Of a stretch of DNA of 41,934 nt, positions 20,443 to 30,052 are shown in pieces. The DNA comes from an uncultured bacterium (GTDB lineage Bacteria; SAR324; NAC60-12), in the NCBI GenBank assembly GCA_964010765.1, contig CAXGMD010000019.1, positions 1 through 41,934 of the forward strand. The letters are read 5' to 3'. The position numbers were made by a program, and so were the translations under genes. Positions within the stretch are counted from its first letter, which is position 1; each line of letters starts with the position of its first letter. Below the pieces are notes generated by a model that had not been told where the DNA came from, made no database searches, and saw only the letters and a list, made by a program, of their open reading frames with translations.

Positions 20443-20685
20443 CTGCCAAAAGCGAGTAAAGTATCAATTTCGATTTTGAAAACCCAAGGCCTCAAGTCTG
20501 ACGAAAACTCACAGACCTGTTAGGATACGGCAATTAAATTATTTATCAATTTGACCCCATGTTGAATTTCATGAATGTGATTCTGCACGAAAAGCCATAA
20601 GCCATGCACTTTAGAAAATTGATTTGACCCGATTATTTTTTTGTTACTCTACATAGAATCTATCAAACAATAGTTGAGAAGAAAT

Positions 20686-21687
20686 ATGAACTCTAACCCA
20701 ATCACGACAACCATAAATTTTGAAAAGGAAGGAAAGCAGACCGGTTACCTCAGACTTCCTCATTCAGTCCATCGATCAGCCTACGGCTGGATTCCGTTTC
20801 CAGTTGCTTGTATCAGAAATGGACAAGGGCCCACCGCTCTTCTTCTCGCCGGTACCCATGGCGATGAATACGAAGGACAGGTAACTCTTTCAAAAATGAT
20901 TTACGAACTGGAACCCCAAGACATCAAAGGGAGGTTGATCATCCTGCCAATGCTCAATTTTCCAGCAGCCAAGGCGGGACTCCGAACATCACCAATTGAC
21001 GATCTGAATCTGAATCGGGTTTATCCTGGGAATCCGGAGGGTTCTCCTACTCTTGTGATTGCGCATTATGTAGAGACCGTTTTGATGCCACTGGCTGATT
21101 ATGGTTTGGATCTTCATAGCGGTGGATCCTCGCTGCATTACATTCCCAGTGCGGTTGGAGCTCTAGAGACTGATGCAGACCGATTGCAGGAAATTCAAAG
21201 GCTAATGAAAGTCTTTGGAGCCCCCTATTCTTTTTTCTTTCCAGGTGGACATGCAGCAGGCACATCCGGCAACCATGCTGCCCGGCGCCAAAACGTTCTG
21301 ATGTTCGGCACTGAAATGGGAGGTAGTGGGACTGTAACGGCTGAATGTTTAAAAATTTGTGAAGAGGGAACTCGTCGATTTCTTGCTGAGATTGGGGTCT
21401 TACATAATAGCGGAGTGGCGCCAGCTGAAACAAAATCCCGAATGCTTCACGCACCAGATTTTTCCTTCTTTAGCTATGCGGACGGGGAGGGTCTCTTCGA
21501 ACCGACAGCTAGACTGGGAAGTGAGGTCAAAAAAGGCGAAATAGCTGGTTATGTACATACCCCAGAGAATCCAGGCTCAAAGCCAGAAACCGTTTATTTT
21601 GATGCAGGGGGTGTTGTGGTTTGCCAAAGAATCCCTGGGCGAGTTTTGAGGGGAGATTGCCTCTATCACCTAGGTTGTGATTTCTAG
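20686..21687 (+). CDS. Succinylglutamate desuccinylase/aspartoacylase family deacylase (DoeB-like)
   Basis: GTHGDEYEG, NLNRVYPG, DLHSGG, EMGG; C-terminal GDCL. Confidence 0.9.
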   Translation: MNSNPITTTINFEKEGKQTGYLRLPHSVHRSAYGWIPFPVACIRNGQGPTALLLAGTHGDEYEGQVTLSKMIYELEPQDIKGRLIILPMLNFPAAKAGLRTSPIDDLNLNRVYPGNPEGSPTLVIAHYVETVLMPLADYGLDLHSGGSSLHYIPSAVGALETDADRLQEIQRLMKVFGAPYSFFFPGGHAAGTSGNHAARRQNVLMFGTEMGGSGTVTAECLKICEEGTRRFLAEIGVLHNSGVAPAETKSRMLHAPDFSFFSYADGEGLFEPTARLGSEVKKGEIAGYVHTPENPGSKPETVYFDAGGVVVCQRIPGRVLRGDCLYHLGCDF

Positions 21688-21845
21688 GATCTTCTTAAAA
21701 CTATTTTAAGAAATTCGAAGTTTCTCTAAGGTTTTTTGGCAACAGCAACAGTAATTGACCAAAAATTCGGCAACAACGGCAGCAAATAACTCAATTGATG
21801 TAACAAGTTGTCTGATTCCTGAAAGAAGTTTACACTAAAGCTTCT

Positions 21846-22121
21846 TCAAATTAACTCCTTCAGTAAGGCTGCTGCGGTAAATATCATCAGCGCAACCAAC
21901 ACAATTGAGACGCTCTTCAGAATTTCAAAGCGTAGATATTTCTTCCTACTCAAGTTTGGATACCTAGCTCCACAAGTGGGGCAAGACTTCGATGCTGGTA
22001 GAATTGCATGCTGACAATCCCTACATTTCGCCATATTATCCTGCAAGTCCAACAACCTCTTCTTTTCAAGAAGTAATTGCTTTTTCTCCAGAAGAATCCG
22101 CCTCTCTTCTTCGATTGTCAT
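21846..22121 (-). CDS. Zinc-ribbon membrane protein
   Basis: Coiled-coil N-terminus, CRDC...CPTCG, C-terminal TM helix. Confidence 0.75.
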   Translation of the reverse strand: MTIEEERRILLEKKQLLLEKKRLLDLQDNMAKCRDCQHAILPASKSCPTCGARYPNLSRKKYLRFEILKSVSIVLVALMIFTAAALLKELI

Positions 22122-22289
22122 TACAACACAGTCTTCACAACTGGCTGCAGTTACTGGGATCGATCGCCCGCAAGTTCTACATTCTTTAAAAATCTTTTTC
22201 TCCAGTTCGTCTTCAAAACTAAGTTAAATACGTCTATCTTTCGTCAACTAATGATTTGAAAGACAGAAGTTAAAAAAAGGAACTGAACT

Positions 22290-23162
22290 ATGAAATTCTC
22301 TCTGATTCTCGCCCTCATTTTTCTACCGATTCAAATCTACGGACAAATCTACACCATTCAGGTCAACGATTATCAGAGTAATGGTTGGGAACATGTGGAC
22401 CGAATGGACCCATTCACGGACGAAAAAATCTCTACTGTGAGTAAGGCAGCCAAAGATGGGCCAGACACTTCTGTCAGCAGACCAGTTCTGTTTATCAGGA
22501 GCAATGGAGATATCTACGTGGATTGGAAGCGTTTCATTAGCAAAAATAGATTTGACCAGCCACTAAGGTACCGTTTTGACAAGGGAGAGATCGAAAACAC
22601 CAAAGTTGCCACCTCGACCAAAGCAAATTTGACCTTCCTTGTTATCGGGGAAAACCTGAAATCGTATCTTAGCTTCATCAAACAAATTAGAGACTCGATG
22701 ACTTTAGCGGTTGGAATAGAGGATTCTGAGGGAGTTGAGTATGTAGCAGTCTTTGATCTGACAGGTTCCTCAAAGGCGTTTTCTTTGATTGAAGAGGAGG
22801 GGGAGAGCCCTGAGGTACAGTTTGAGTCCATACAGATCACCAAAACTCAACTTAGAGATTTGGAAACCGCCTTAAGTTTATATGAGGCGCATAACAGCCG
22901 TTTTCCTACAACCGAGCAAACTTTGAGTGCACTACTACAGCGACCCATTGTTGGGAGCGATTTTGAGAACTGGAAAGGACCTTATTTTCGGAGTCAGCAA
23001 ATTCCAGTCGATGGCTGGGGGAATCCATACAATTATACCAGTGATGGAACTCGCTACGTCATTCTATCCCTTGGGGCGGATGGGAAGAGCGGGGGAGTTG
23101 GGGTGAATGCTGATGTTTCAGCAATCGGAAAACTCTACTGGGGAAAAAATGTGGATAACTGA
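22290..23162 (+). CDS. Secreted protein: unknown N-domain fused to GspG (T2SSG) pseudopilin head domain
   Basis: Sec signal; residues ~184-277 TKTQLRDLETALSLY..RFPTTEQTL.AL..NWKGPY..DGWGNPY.Y..SLGADG..GG.G.NADV. Confidence 0.82.
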   Translation: MKFSLILALIFLPIQIYGQIYTIQVNDYQSNGWEHVDRMDPFTDEKISTVSKAAKDGPDTSVSRPVLFIRSNGDIYVDWKRFISKNRFDQPLRYRFDKGEIENTKVATSTKANLTFLVIGENLKSYLSFIKQIRDSMTLAVGIEDSEGVEYVAVFDLTGSSKAFSLIEEEGESPEVQFESIQITKTQLRDLETALSLYEAHNSRFPTTEQTLSALLQRPIVGSDFENWKGPYFRSQQIPVDGWGNPYNYTSDGTRYVILSLGADGKSGGVGVNADVSAIGKLYWGKNVDN

Positions 23163-23298
23163 TCAACTTTTACCCAGGCTAAGATCATGATTTTCTGAAA
23201 ATTTAAAAGTCCACTAAATTGCGACCAAAATCACTCTGATTTTTGCTATAAATTTTGAGATCATCGCTTAGGGACCATCCGTTTTCATCAATATGGAA

Positions 23299-24678
23299 TT
23301 AAGTAGCGTTGAGGATGTTTTCCAGCCAGAAAGATGCAGCAATTACCTTTGCATCTTCTCCTTGTCGAGAAACCACCTGAATCCCAATTGGCCATCCTTT
23401 TTCACCCTGTAGCCCTGGGACGTTCATAGCCGGGACTCCTAACATGCTCCAAAGTCGATTGAAAATTGGATCTCCGGTTCCTTCCTCGATCGGCGGAGGA
23501 ACTCCGGGGGAACTTGGGGTGATCAAAACATCAAAGTCACATAGAGCGCGATCAAATTCCCTCCTCAATGATCCAATTTTCTGAATATCGGCTAAGTAGC
23601 ACTCTGTCTTGGATGCCTCTCCTTCTTCTAAAATTATAGCTAGCTTAGATCTGATTAAAGATCGGTAGGTCTTCCATTCAAAATGCAAGGCATCAAATGC
23701 TTCTCTAGCGAGGACTCTTTTGTGGAGTTCCACTGCACCCCCGAATTCAGGTGGCAGATGAAACTCGTCCACAATTACACCATCCATTGACTTAAGAAGG
23801 TAAACTAGATCCTCCCACACCTTACATAGATCATCGCTGGCGGCTGACCAATACGGACTACGACATAGGCCGACTTTTCTTGGTTGATTGTCTTCTCTGC
23901 ACTGAACCAACCAATGATTACCAGTGAGGCTATCCATCAAGAAAGCTGCATCCTCCACACATCCAGCAAATACCCCCAATGTATCAAAACTTCTGGCTAG
24001 AGCCTTCACTCCCGAAAGATCTAGAGTTCCAATGGTTGGTTTAAACCCCACAACACCGCAGTAGGAGGCTGGCCTGACAATAGAACCAGCGGTTTGAGTA
24101 CCGAGAGCCAAAGGAGCCATTCCCGCAGCAACAGCAGCCGCAGATCCACTGGATGATCCTCCAGGAGTTCGACCCAGTGCAGCAGGATTTTTTGTGTCAG
24201 CCGCCTGAAAAGTAGCAAATTCAGTTGTGACAGTTTTGCCCATCAGAATTCCACCTGCTGCTCTGAGACGTGAAACGACAGAAGCATCGATGGCTTTTTT
24301 ATGATACAGCGGGGCTTCAAGGCCCTGATAAATCTTCGAACCACAGCCAGTTTCAATCCCAGCAATATCAATGATGTCTTTGATCGCTAATGGTAACCCT
24401 AGCAATTTTGCAGATGGATCAATTCTTTCTGAATCAGACTTCTTTTGATGACTAGCCCTGGAAACAGCCAGATTTTCTTCAAATTTTGACTGCAGATTAG
24501 CAGAGAGGTACTCAACTTGTTGCTGAATTTCACCTTCATCAATGTGAGTCCAAACATTCAGATCATCATTTATGGATTTCTCGATGAAAGGCTGACAATA
24601 ATCTGAAATTGAAAGAGATCCCCTCATTATTTGACCCAGGGCATTCTTTGCAGAAGTTTTATTTTTCTGAATTTTCAA
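23299..24678 (-). CDS. Amidase (amidase signature family)
   Basis: LAIKD, GKTVTTEFA, PGGSSSGSAAAVA, GTQTAGSIVRPA. Confidence 0.93.
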   Translation of the reverse strand: MKIQKNKTSAKNALGQIMRGSLSISDYCQPFIEKSINDDLNVWTHIDEGEIQQQVEYLSANLQSKFEENLAVSRASHQKKSDSERIDPSAKLLGLPLAIKDIIDIAGIETGCGSKIYQGLEAPLYHKKAIDASVVSRLRAAGGILMGKTVTTEFATFQAADTKNPAALGRTPGGSSSGSAAAVAAGMAPLALGTQTAGSIVRPASYCGVVGFKPTIGTLDLSGVKALARSFDTLGVFAGCVEDAAFLMDSLTGNHWLVQCREDNQPRKVGLCRSPYWSAASDDLCKVWEDLVYLLKSMDGVIVDEFHLPPEFGGAVELHKRVLAREAFDALHFEWKTYRSLIRSKLAIILEEGEASKTECYLADIQKIGSLRREFDRALCDFDVLITPSSPGVPPPIEEGTGDPIFNRLWSMLGVPAMNVPGLQGEKGWPIGIQVVSRQGEDAKVIAASFWLENILNAT

Positions 24679-24904
24679 TGAATGACTCTCAATTTTTCCT
24701 TCTTAACTATTTTTTAAATTGAATAAAATCAATAAATTAACTATCTACAAGTTTAAGAATAGAAGATCCGGAGGTAGATTTTTTTTCTATTTCTCTGTCA
24801 GAAAGCATTGAAATTTTTCTTCGAGACACCACTCCTAAGAGATTTTCCCATAAGAACCTAATACCCACTTCAGTCATTTTTCTGAATTGTATGAACCAGA
24901 ATAT

Positions 24905-25411
24905 TCAGGTTCGTGATTTAGAGATTGCTTCAATCAGAGCCTCAGCCCCGGAAGTAGTGATCCCAGATTGTGTCTCCTCCATCAAAAAATGCTTTACAAT
25001 TCCATCCTCTGTGAGCATTGCATAACGTAGGGATCGATCATAAAAGCCGATGGCTGGAACTGTGAAATTCAAGCCCATTTCTTTGGAACATTCTGAGGCG
25101 GCATCCCCAATGAGAGATATCCCTGCCTCAAAAAGGCCCTTAGATCGGCCCCATTCCTTCAAGACAAATAGATCATTCACAGTGAGAATACAAATTTCCT
25201 CAACACCCGTAGACAACAAATCATTTTTATTTCCAAGGATATTAGGGACATGCAACTCTGAGCAGGTATCGGTGAAAGCCCCTGGCATCCCAAAGATGGC
25301 AACCCTTCGACCTGAGAGTTTGTGACTAAGATTTATTGTCTCCACATCTGATTCTGTGACCCACAAGATTTCAGTACTTGGTAAGCGTTGCCCTTTCTTT
25401 ATCATTCCCAT
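24905..25411 (-). CDS. Peroxiredoxin, Prx5-like
   Basis: PGAFTDTCSELHVP, VNDLFVLKEW, RSLRYAM. Confidence 0.92.
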   Translation of the reverse strand: MGMIKKGQRLPSTEILWVTESDVETINLSHKLSGRRVAIFGMPGAFTDTCSELHVPNILGNKNDLLSTGVEEICILTVNDLFVLKEWGRSKGLFEAGISLIGDAASECSKEMGLNFTVPAIGFYDRSLRYAMLTEDGIVKHFLMEETQSGITTSGAEALIEAISKSRT

Positions 25412-25827
25412 CTGCCCTTTATCAGCGAATATTTTTAAAAAATAATTGTTATCAGTATTTTAGACTGATTTAAATATACCGTCTTAAACTGAAAGATTCC
25501 TCGAAAAATTTTCCAGGAGGAAAATAAGGATTGAATGAGGTCAAACGTTTCAGCTGACACAGCACCATCAGTGTTTCATCGTAAACCTTAAAATCTAATG
25601 AGGTGGGTACGGCGAGTAAAGCATTAGTTTGAAATTAAAAAGCATAATATCTGTTTCAAACTAGACATCATAATTTTCTCCAATAAATTGACCCGATTTT
25701 TTGCAGACAAAAATAACTGGAAGGGAAAATCTGAAAGAAGCATGATTGGAGTTGATCTCGTCTGCGATACAAGAACTCAATTTTCTTCCAAGAACGAAAA
25801 AAAGTAACCTGACAATCAGATAGATAA

Positions 25828-26118
25828 ATGAATGAAATTTTAGAGGATCTCCTTGATTGTCTTGAAGATCGGAATCATCAACTCGCTCTTTTGGGGGAAT
25901 GGAATTACGCAATGGGTGAAGTTTCTGTGGACGAAAACTATCTTTTCCAGAAAGGAGTTTTGTATTTGATGGAAGACAATATTACCTCCAAGCTAAATGA
26001 AATTAGGGAGATTGCTCTCGAATCAGAACTATTACAAAGATATAGTTGTCCTCATACTCAAACAAAGCGAATGAGTTTCAGAGAAGAACATAACCTATTG
26101 TTTTTTCAAATTTATTGA
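25828..26118 (+). CDS. Hypothetical protein
   Basis: 96-aa acidic, helical ORF; no recognised motif. Confidence 0.5.
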   Translation: MNEILEDLLDCLEDRNHQLALLGEWNYAMGEVSVDENYLFQKGVLYLMEDNITSKLNEIREIALESELLQRYSCPHTQTKRMSFREEHNLLFFQIY

Positions 26119-26297
26119 AATTTCTAAAGAATTTTTCGCCATTGGTAATTCTTAAAGCAGGAACAAATGTCTATTTCCATTCAATCCAAAAATTACAGGA
26201 TAAAAATTAAGATGGATTTGTACAGTTGAACACTCTCGAAGAATGAGAAAAGAATGCTAAACACGCTGAAATTTTTAAGTATCAATCTGATAGAGAT

Positions 26298-27890
26298 TTG
26301 AAAATGCGTAATGACCCCCATCTTTCAGCAAGGCCTGAGAATTTTCGACCACTGACACCATTAGATTTTCTAGACCGAGTTCTCCGCGATCAGCCAGATT
26401 CTGAGGCTGTCATTTGGCGTGAGCAATCCTGGAATTATCGTCAATTCGGTAGCATTGTCGGTCGACTTCGAAATTATCTCACTGAAATACCTATCGAATC
26501 AGGTGATGTAGTCTCCGTTATGGCCACCAACCGCCCCGAAATGCTGGCGGCGCATTATGCAGTCCCCTCTCTTGGAGCTGTCCTGAACTCCATCAATACC
26601 CGCTTGGATGCAGCAACAGTGGGTTGGATTCTGAAGCATACGGAGAGCAAACTTCTACTTTACGATCCCACATCCGCCGAGATTGCAAAGCATGTTGCAG
26701 AGAAAATTGGAATTCCCATTCAGGTATTTTCTGAAAATGCAGAAGATGGCTTTAATATTCTGACCGGGACTGAAATCCAACTTGGAGACCTCAGTGGATC
26801 CATTAAAGATGAATGGGCTCCAATCGCTTTGAATTATACCTCTGGAACCACAGACGATCCCAAGGGAGTGGTTCTCCATCATCGTGGAGCCTACCTCAAT
26901 TCCCTTGGAAACGTCTTAGCTCTGGGGTTCGGAAAATTGACAAAATATCTTTGGACGCTACCAATGTTTCACTGCAACGGGTGGTGTCATACTTGGGCGA
27001 TCACTGCCGCAGGAGGGACTCATGTCTGTCTGAATCGAGTTGATCCCGCTTTAATTTTGCAAACTTTACATGAGCAGAAAATCACCCATTTCTCCTGTGC
27101 TCCAGTTGTCCTCTACATGTTGCTTGGTCATCCGGCTATCGAGAATTTTCAACCAACCCGACGTGTCACCGTCGCAACAGGTGGGGCATCGCCGACTAGT
27201 CGTTTGATTGAAAACATGGAGAAGTTAGGCTTTGACTTTATCCACCTGTACGGGCTGACAGAGAGCTTTGGACCAACTTCACTACGCTTGTTGAGTCAAC
27301 TTGAGAAAAAGCTGAACACGGAGGAGAAAGCTGAATTGCTCGCCCGGCAGGGAGTAAGGCACACCACAGCAAATCGTATTCAAGTGTTGGATGAAAGTGG
27401 TAAAGATGTACCCTGGGATGGGATCACTAATGGTGAAATTGTTTTATCTGGCAACACCCTTTTTGCAGGATATTACCGTAACCGAGAAGCGACTGAAGCA
27501 GCATTTCGTAGTGGTGGTTTTCATACTGGAGATATTGCTGTAGTCCATCCTAACGGGGATTTTGAAATACGCGACCGCTCAAAGGATATTATCATTTCTG
27601 GAGGTGAGAATATTTCCAGCCTTGAAGTCGAAGCCGTGCTCCACAATCATTCGGATGTCAGTATTGCTGCCGTAGTCGCACGACCTGATGAACAATGGGG
27701 GGAGGTCCCCTGTGCATTTATTGAATTGAAACAAGGAACAAACCCCACCTCAGAGGAACTTCGCCTCCATTGCCGATCTGCTCTGGCTGGTTTCAAAGTC
27801 CCCAAGTTCTTCATTTTTTGTGACCTGCCTAAGACTGCTACGGGCAAAATCCGTAAAGTTGAACTACGGGACCAGGCAAAAAAGTTATAG
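26298..27890 (+). CDS. Acyl-CoA synthetase (AMP-forming, short/medium-chain; DmdB-related subfamily)
   Basis: LTPLDFL, NYTSGTTDDPKG, LPMFHCNGW, YGLTE, FHTGD, ISGGENISS, PKTATGK. Confidence 0.93.
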   Translation: MKMRNDPHLSARPENFRPLTPLDFLDRVLRDQPDSEAVIWREQSWNYRQFGSIVGRLRNYLTEIPIESGDVVSVMATNRPEMLAAHYAVPSLGAVLNSINTRLDAATVGWILKHTESKLLLYDPTSAEIAKHVAEKIGIPIQVFSENAEDGFNILTGTEIQLGDLSGSIKDEWAPIALNYTSGTTDDPKGVVLHHRGAYLNSLGNVLALGFGKLTKYLWTLPMFHCNGWCHTWAITAAGGTHVCLNRVDPALILQTLHEQKITHFSCAPVVLYMLLGHPAIENFQPTRRVTVATGGASPTSRLIENMEKLGFDFIHLYGLTESFGPTSLRLLSQLEKKLNTEEKAELLARQGVRHTTANRIQVLDESGKDVPWDGITNGEIVLSGNTLFAGYYRNREATEAAFRSGGFHTGDIAVVHPNGDFEIRDRSKDIIISGGENISSLEVEAVLHNHSDVSIAAVVARPDEQWGEVPCAFIELKQGTNPTSEELRLHCRSALAGFKVPKFFIFCDLPKTATGKIRKVELRDQAKKL

Positions 27891-28152
27891 AAATGTTGTT
27901 AATCCAACCCCCTGCCATACTGCACAAAGCTCTCTAATCTCGATCTCCAACTTTAACCAAAGCGGTCTTCCTCTATTAGTTTGGCCTCCGAAGTGCGTGT
28001 CGCGCATCAGCTATCAAATTGATCGTCATCTAAATTTTCTGACTAACTAGACTCAAAATTTAGAATTGTGTCTTTTCAAATTGGGCACTGGCCGGATTCA
28101 GCTTCATCGATTTCCTGGCGATCATCTTTAAACCATAACTCTTAAAATACAT

Positions 28153-28836
28153 ATGAAACGACATATCATTTTTGCCTCAGTCGCTTCTTTATTGAGTTTT
28201 CAGGTTTATGCTCTTGAGCAAAAGGATCTTGAGTGGCTCTTGATGCTCAACAAATGTGAAAAATGTGATCTCAGTCAGGCTGAACTCAAAGGTATCGACC
28301 TTGATCAGGCCAATCTCAGCGGAGCAATTTTACGAAAAGTAAATTTCAATGAATCTAGTTTGCGTCAAGCCACCTTGAAGGAGGCATCATTGGTAGGGGC
28401 TGACTTACGTAAAGTCGACCTAAGTGGTGCTAATTTGAGCAATGCGAATCTGGTAGGTGCTAATCTTAGAAGAGCCAATTTGACTGGTGCTGATTTCAGC
28501 GGAGCTAAATTAAGCAACGCAAATCTAACCGGTGCAGATCTGAGTTCGGCAAATCTAACAGGTTCCGATTTGCTTGGAGCAGAGTTAATTGGAGCAAAAA
28601 TGGAAAAAGCACATATGCAAGGTGCAATTCTAAAAAATGCCAATTTGAGCATTGCCAACTTGGTTGGTTCAAACCTCACGGAGGCTGATCTGAGCAATGC
28701 CAACCTTGTTGGAGCCAAACTGATTGATACAGACCTAACACGAGCAATTTTGAGAAATGCCAACCTTTCTCGTAAGCAACTTTGTAGGGTCAAGACAACT
28801 CTGGGCATCATCAACCCTGATTGCACAGATCAATAG
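28153..28836 (+). CDS. Secreted pentapeptide repeat protein
   Basis: Signal peptide (VYA-), CEKCDLSQA cap, long run of A(N/D)L(S/T/V)G repeats, C-terminal C...DC. Confidence 0.95.
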   Translation: MKRHIIFASVASLLSFQVYALEQKDLEWLLMLNKCEKCDLSQAELKGIDLDQANLSGAILRKVNFNESSLRQATLKEASLVGADLRKVDLSGANLSNANLVGANLRRANLTGADFSGAKLSNANLTGADLSSANLTGSDLLGAELIGAKMEKAHMQGAILKNANLSIANLVGSNLTEADLSNANLVGAKLIDTDLTRAILRNANLSRKQLCRVKTTLGIINPDCTDQ

Positions 28837-28872
28837 GTCAATGAATATTCATTTGTATACTCATTCAAAACC

Positions 28873-29787
28873 ATGCTGAACCACTCGTTTAAGATTCTTG
28901 ATGGAGGGATGGGCCAAGAACTCGTGAAAAGAGCCCGTCACAAACTTACTCCACTTTGGTCTGCTGATGTCTTGAGAGATCATCCTGACTTGGTGGTAGA
29001 TGTTCATCGCGATTTCATCAAAGCCGGTGCGGATGTAATCACACTGAGTTCCTATGCCGCCACACCCACTCGGCTCGCTAAATACAACAGACAAGATGAA
29101 TTTAAAGTCTTGCAAGAAGCTGCAATTAACGCAGCAAGACAAGCTTGTGATGATATTAAGCAATCTCCCTTAATCGCTGGTACTCTCCCACCTCTTCCAG
29201 GTAGTTATCGACCGTCAGAACGCTTAACTTCTCAGTCTTCTCAAGAAGAATATCAGCAGATCGCAGAGCAACAATACAAACACGTTGACCTATTTTTATG
29301 TGAGACAATGGCTTCTATTGAAGAAGCTTGTATTAGTACATCTGTAGCTATGAAGTCAGGTCTACCCGTCTGGACTTCCCTCACCGTCAATGAAACAAAT
29401 GGTTCATATTTACGATCTGGTGAGCCGATCAATGAAGCTGCTAAAGCAGTCCTTGCCGAGGGAGCAAGTGCTCTGTTGATCAACTGTTCACCACCTGAAG
29501 CAACCTCACAGGCTCTGGGTGAATTAGCTCTCCTCGCAGATACTTTTGGAGCGTATGCCAATGGTTTTGTTTCAGTGGAACCTTATCAGGGTCACGCCAC
29601 TGTTGACGTATTGAAGTCCAGAGAGGAAATCAACCCTCAAACTTATGCTGAGTTTGCGAAAGAATGGCTTTCGAAGGGAGCTACGATTCTAGGAGGGTGC
29701 TGTGAGATTGGCCCAGAACATATCTCAGAGATCTACAGTCTCAGAGAGAATATTCTGAATTCAAACACTATTAAAAGTAATAACTAA
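28873..29787 (+). CDS. Homocysteine S-methyltransferase family protein
   Basis: ILDGGMGQEL, AGADVIT, INCS, YANGF, GGCCEIGPEHI. Confidence 0.93.
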   Translation: MLNHSFKILDGGMGQELVKRARHKLTPLWSADVLRDHPDLVVDVHRDFIKAGADVITLSSYAATPTRLAKYNRQDEFKVLQEAAINAARQACDDIKQSPLIAGTLPPLPGSYRPSERLTSQSSQEEYQQIAEQQYKHVDLFLCETMASIEEACISTSVAMKSGLPVWTSLTVNETNGSYLRSGEPINEAAKAVLAEGASALLINCSPPEATSQALGELALLADTFGAYANGFVSVEPYQGHATVDVLKSREEINPQTYAEFAKEWLSKGATILGGCCEIGPEHISEIYSLRENILNSNTIKSNN

Positions 29788-30052
29788 TTTACTGATGTTG
29801 GAATTAGACCTCGAGTCCCATATCTAAGAATCCCAGACCCCATCACCTCCGCTGATGCGACCTACCTCTTTCGAAATTCACTGACACTTCCAATCTGCCG
29901 TGAAGGCTCTAGTGTCTATAAATGCTTATACTTATTGAAGATAAAATAATTCTCAGCGATTTAGATCAGTTGTTCTTGATTGGATATAATTTCACAGATA
30001 ATGTTTTCTGATCTCAACTGATTTCGAAAATAACATTTTTCATTGCATCCCC

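Noticed and set aside
13871..21687. Ectoine pathway (EctD-like + DoeB-like)
   Set aside because: The genes are 6 kb apart with no other ect/doe/eut genes; only family-level similarity
28300..28770. 15-bp periodic repeats as CRISPR or VNTR
   Set aside because: Explained by pentapeptide coding repeats
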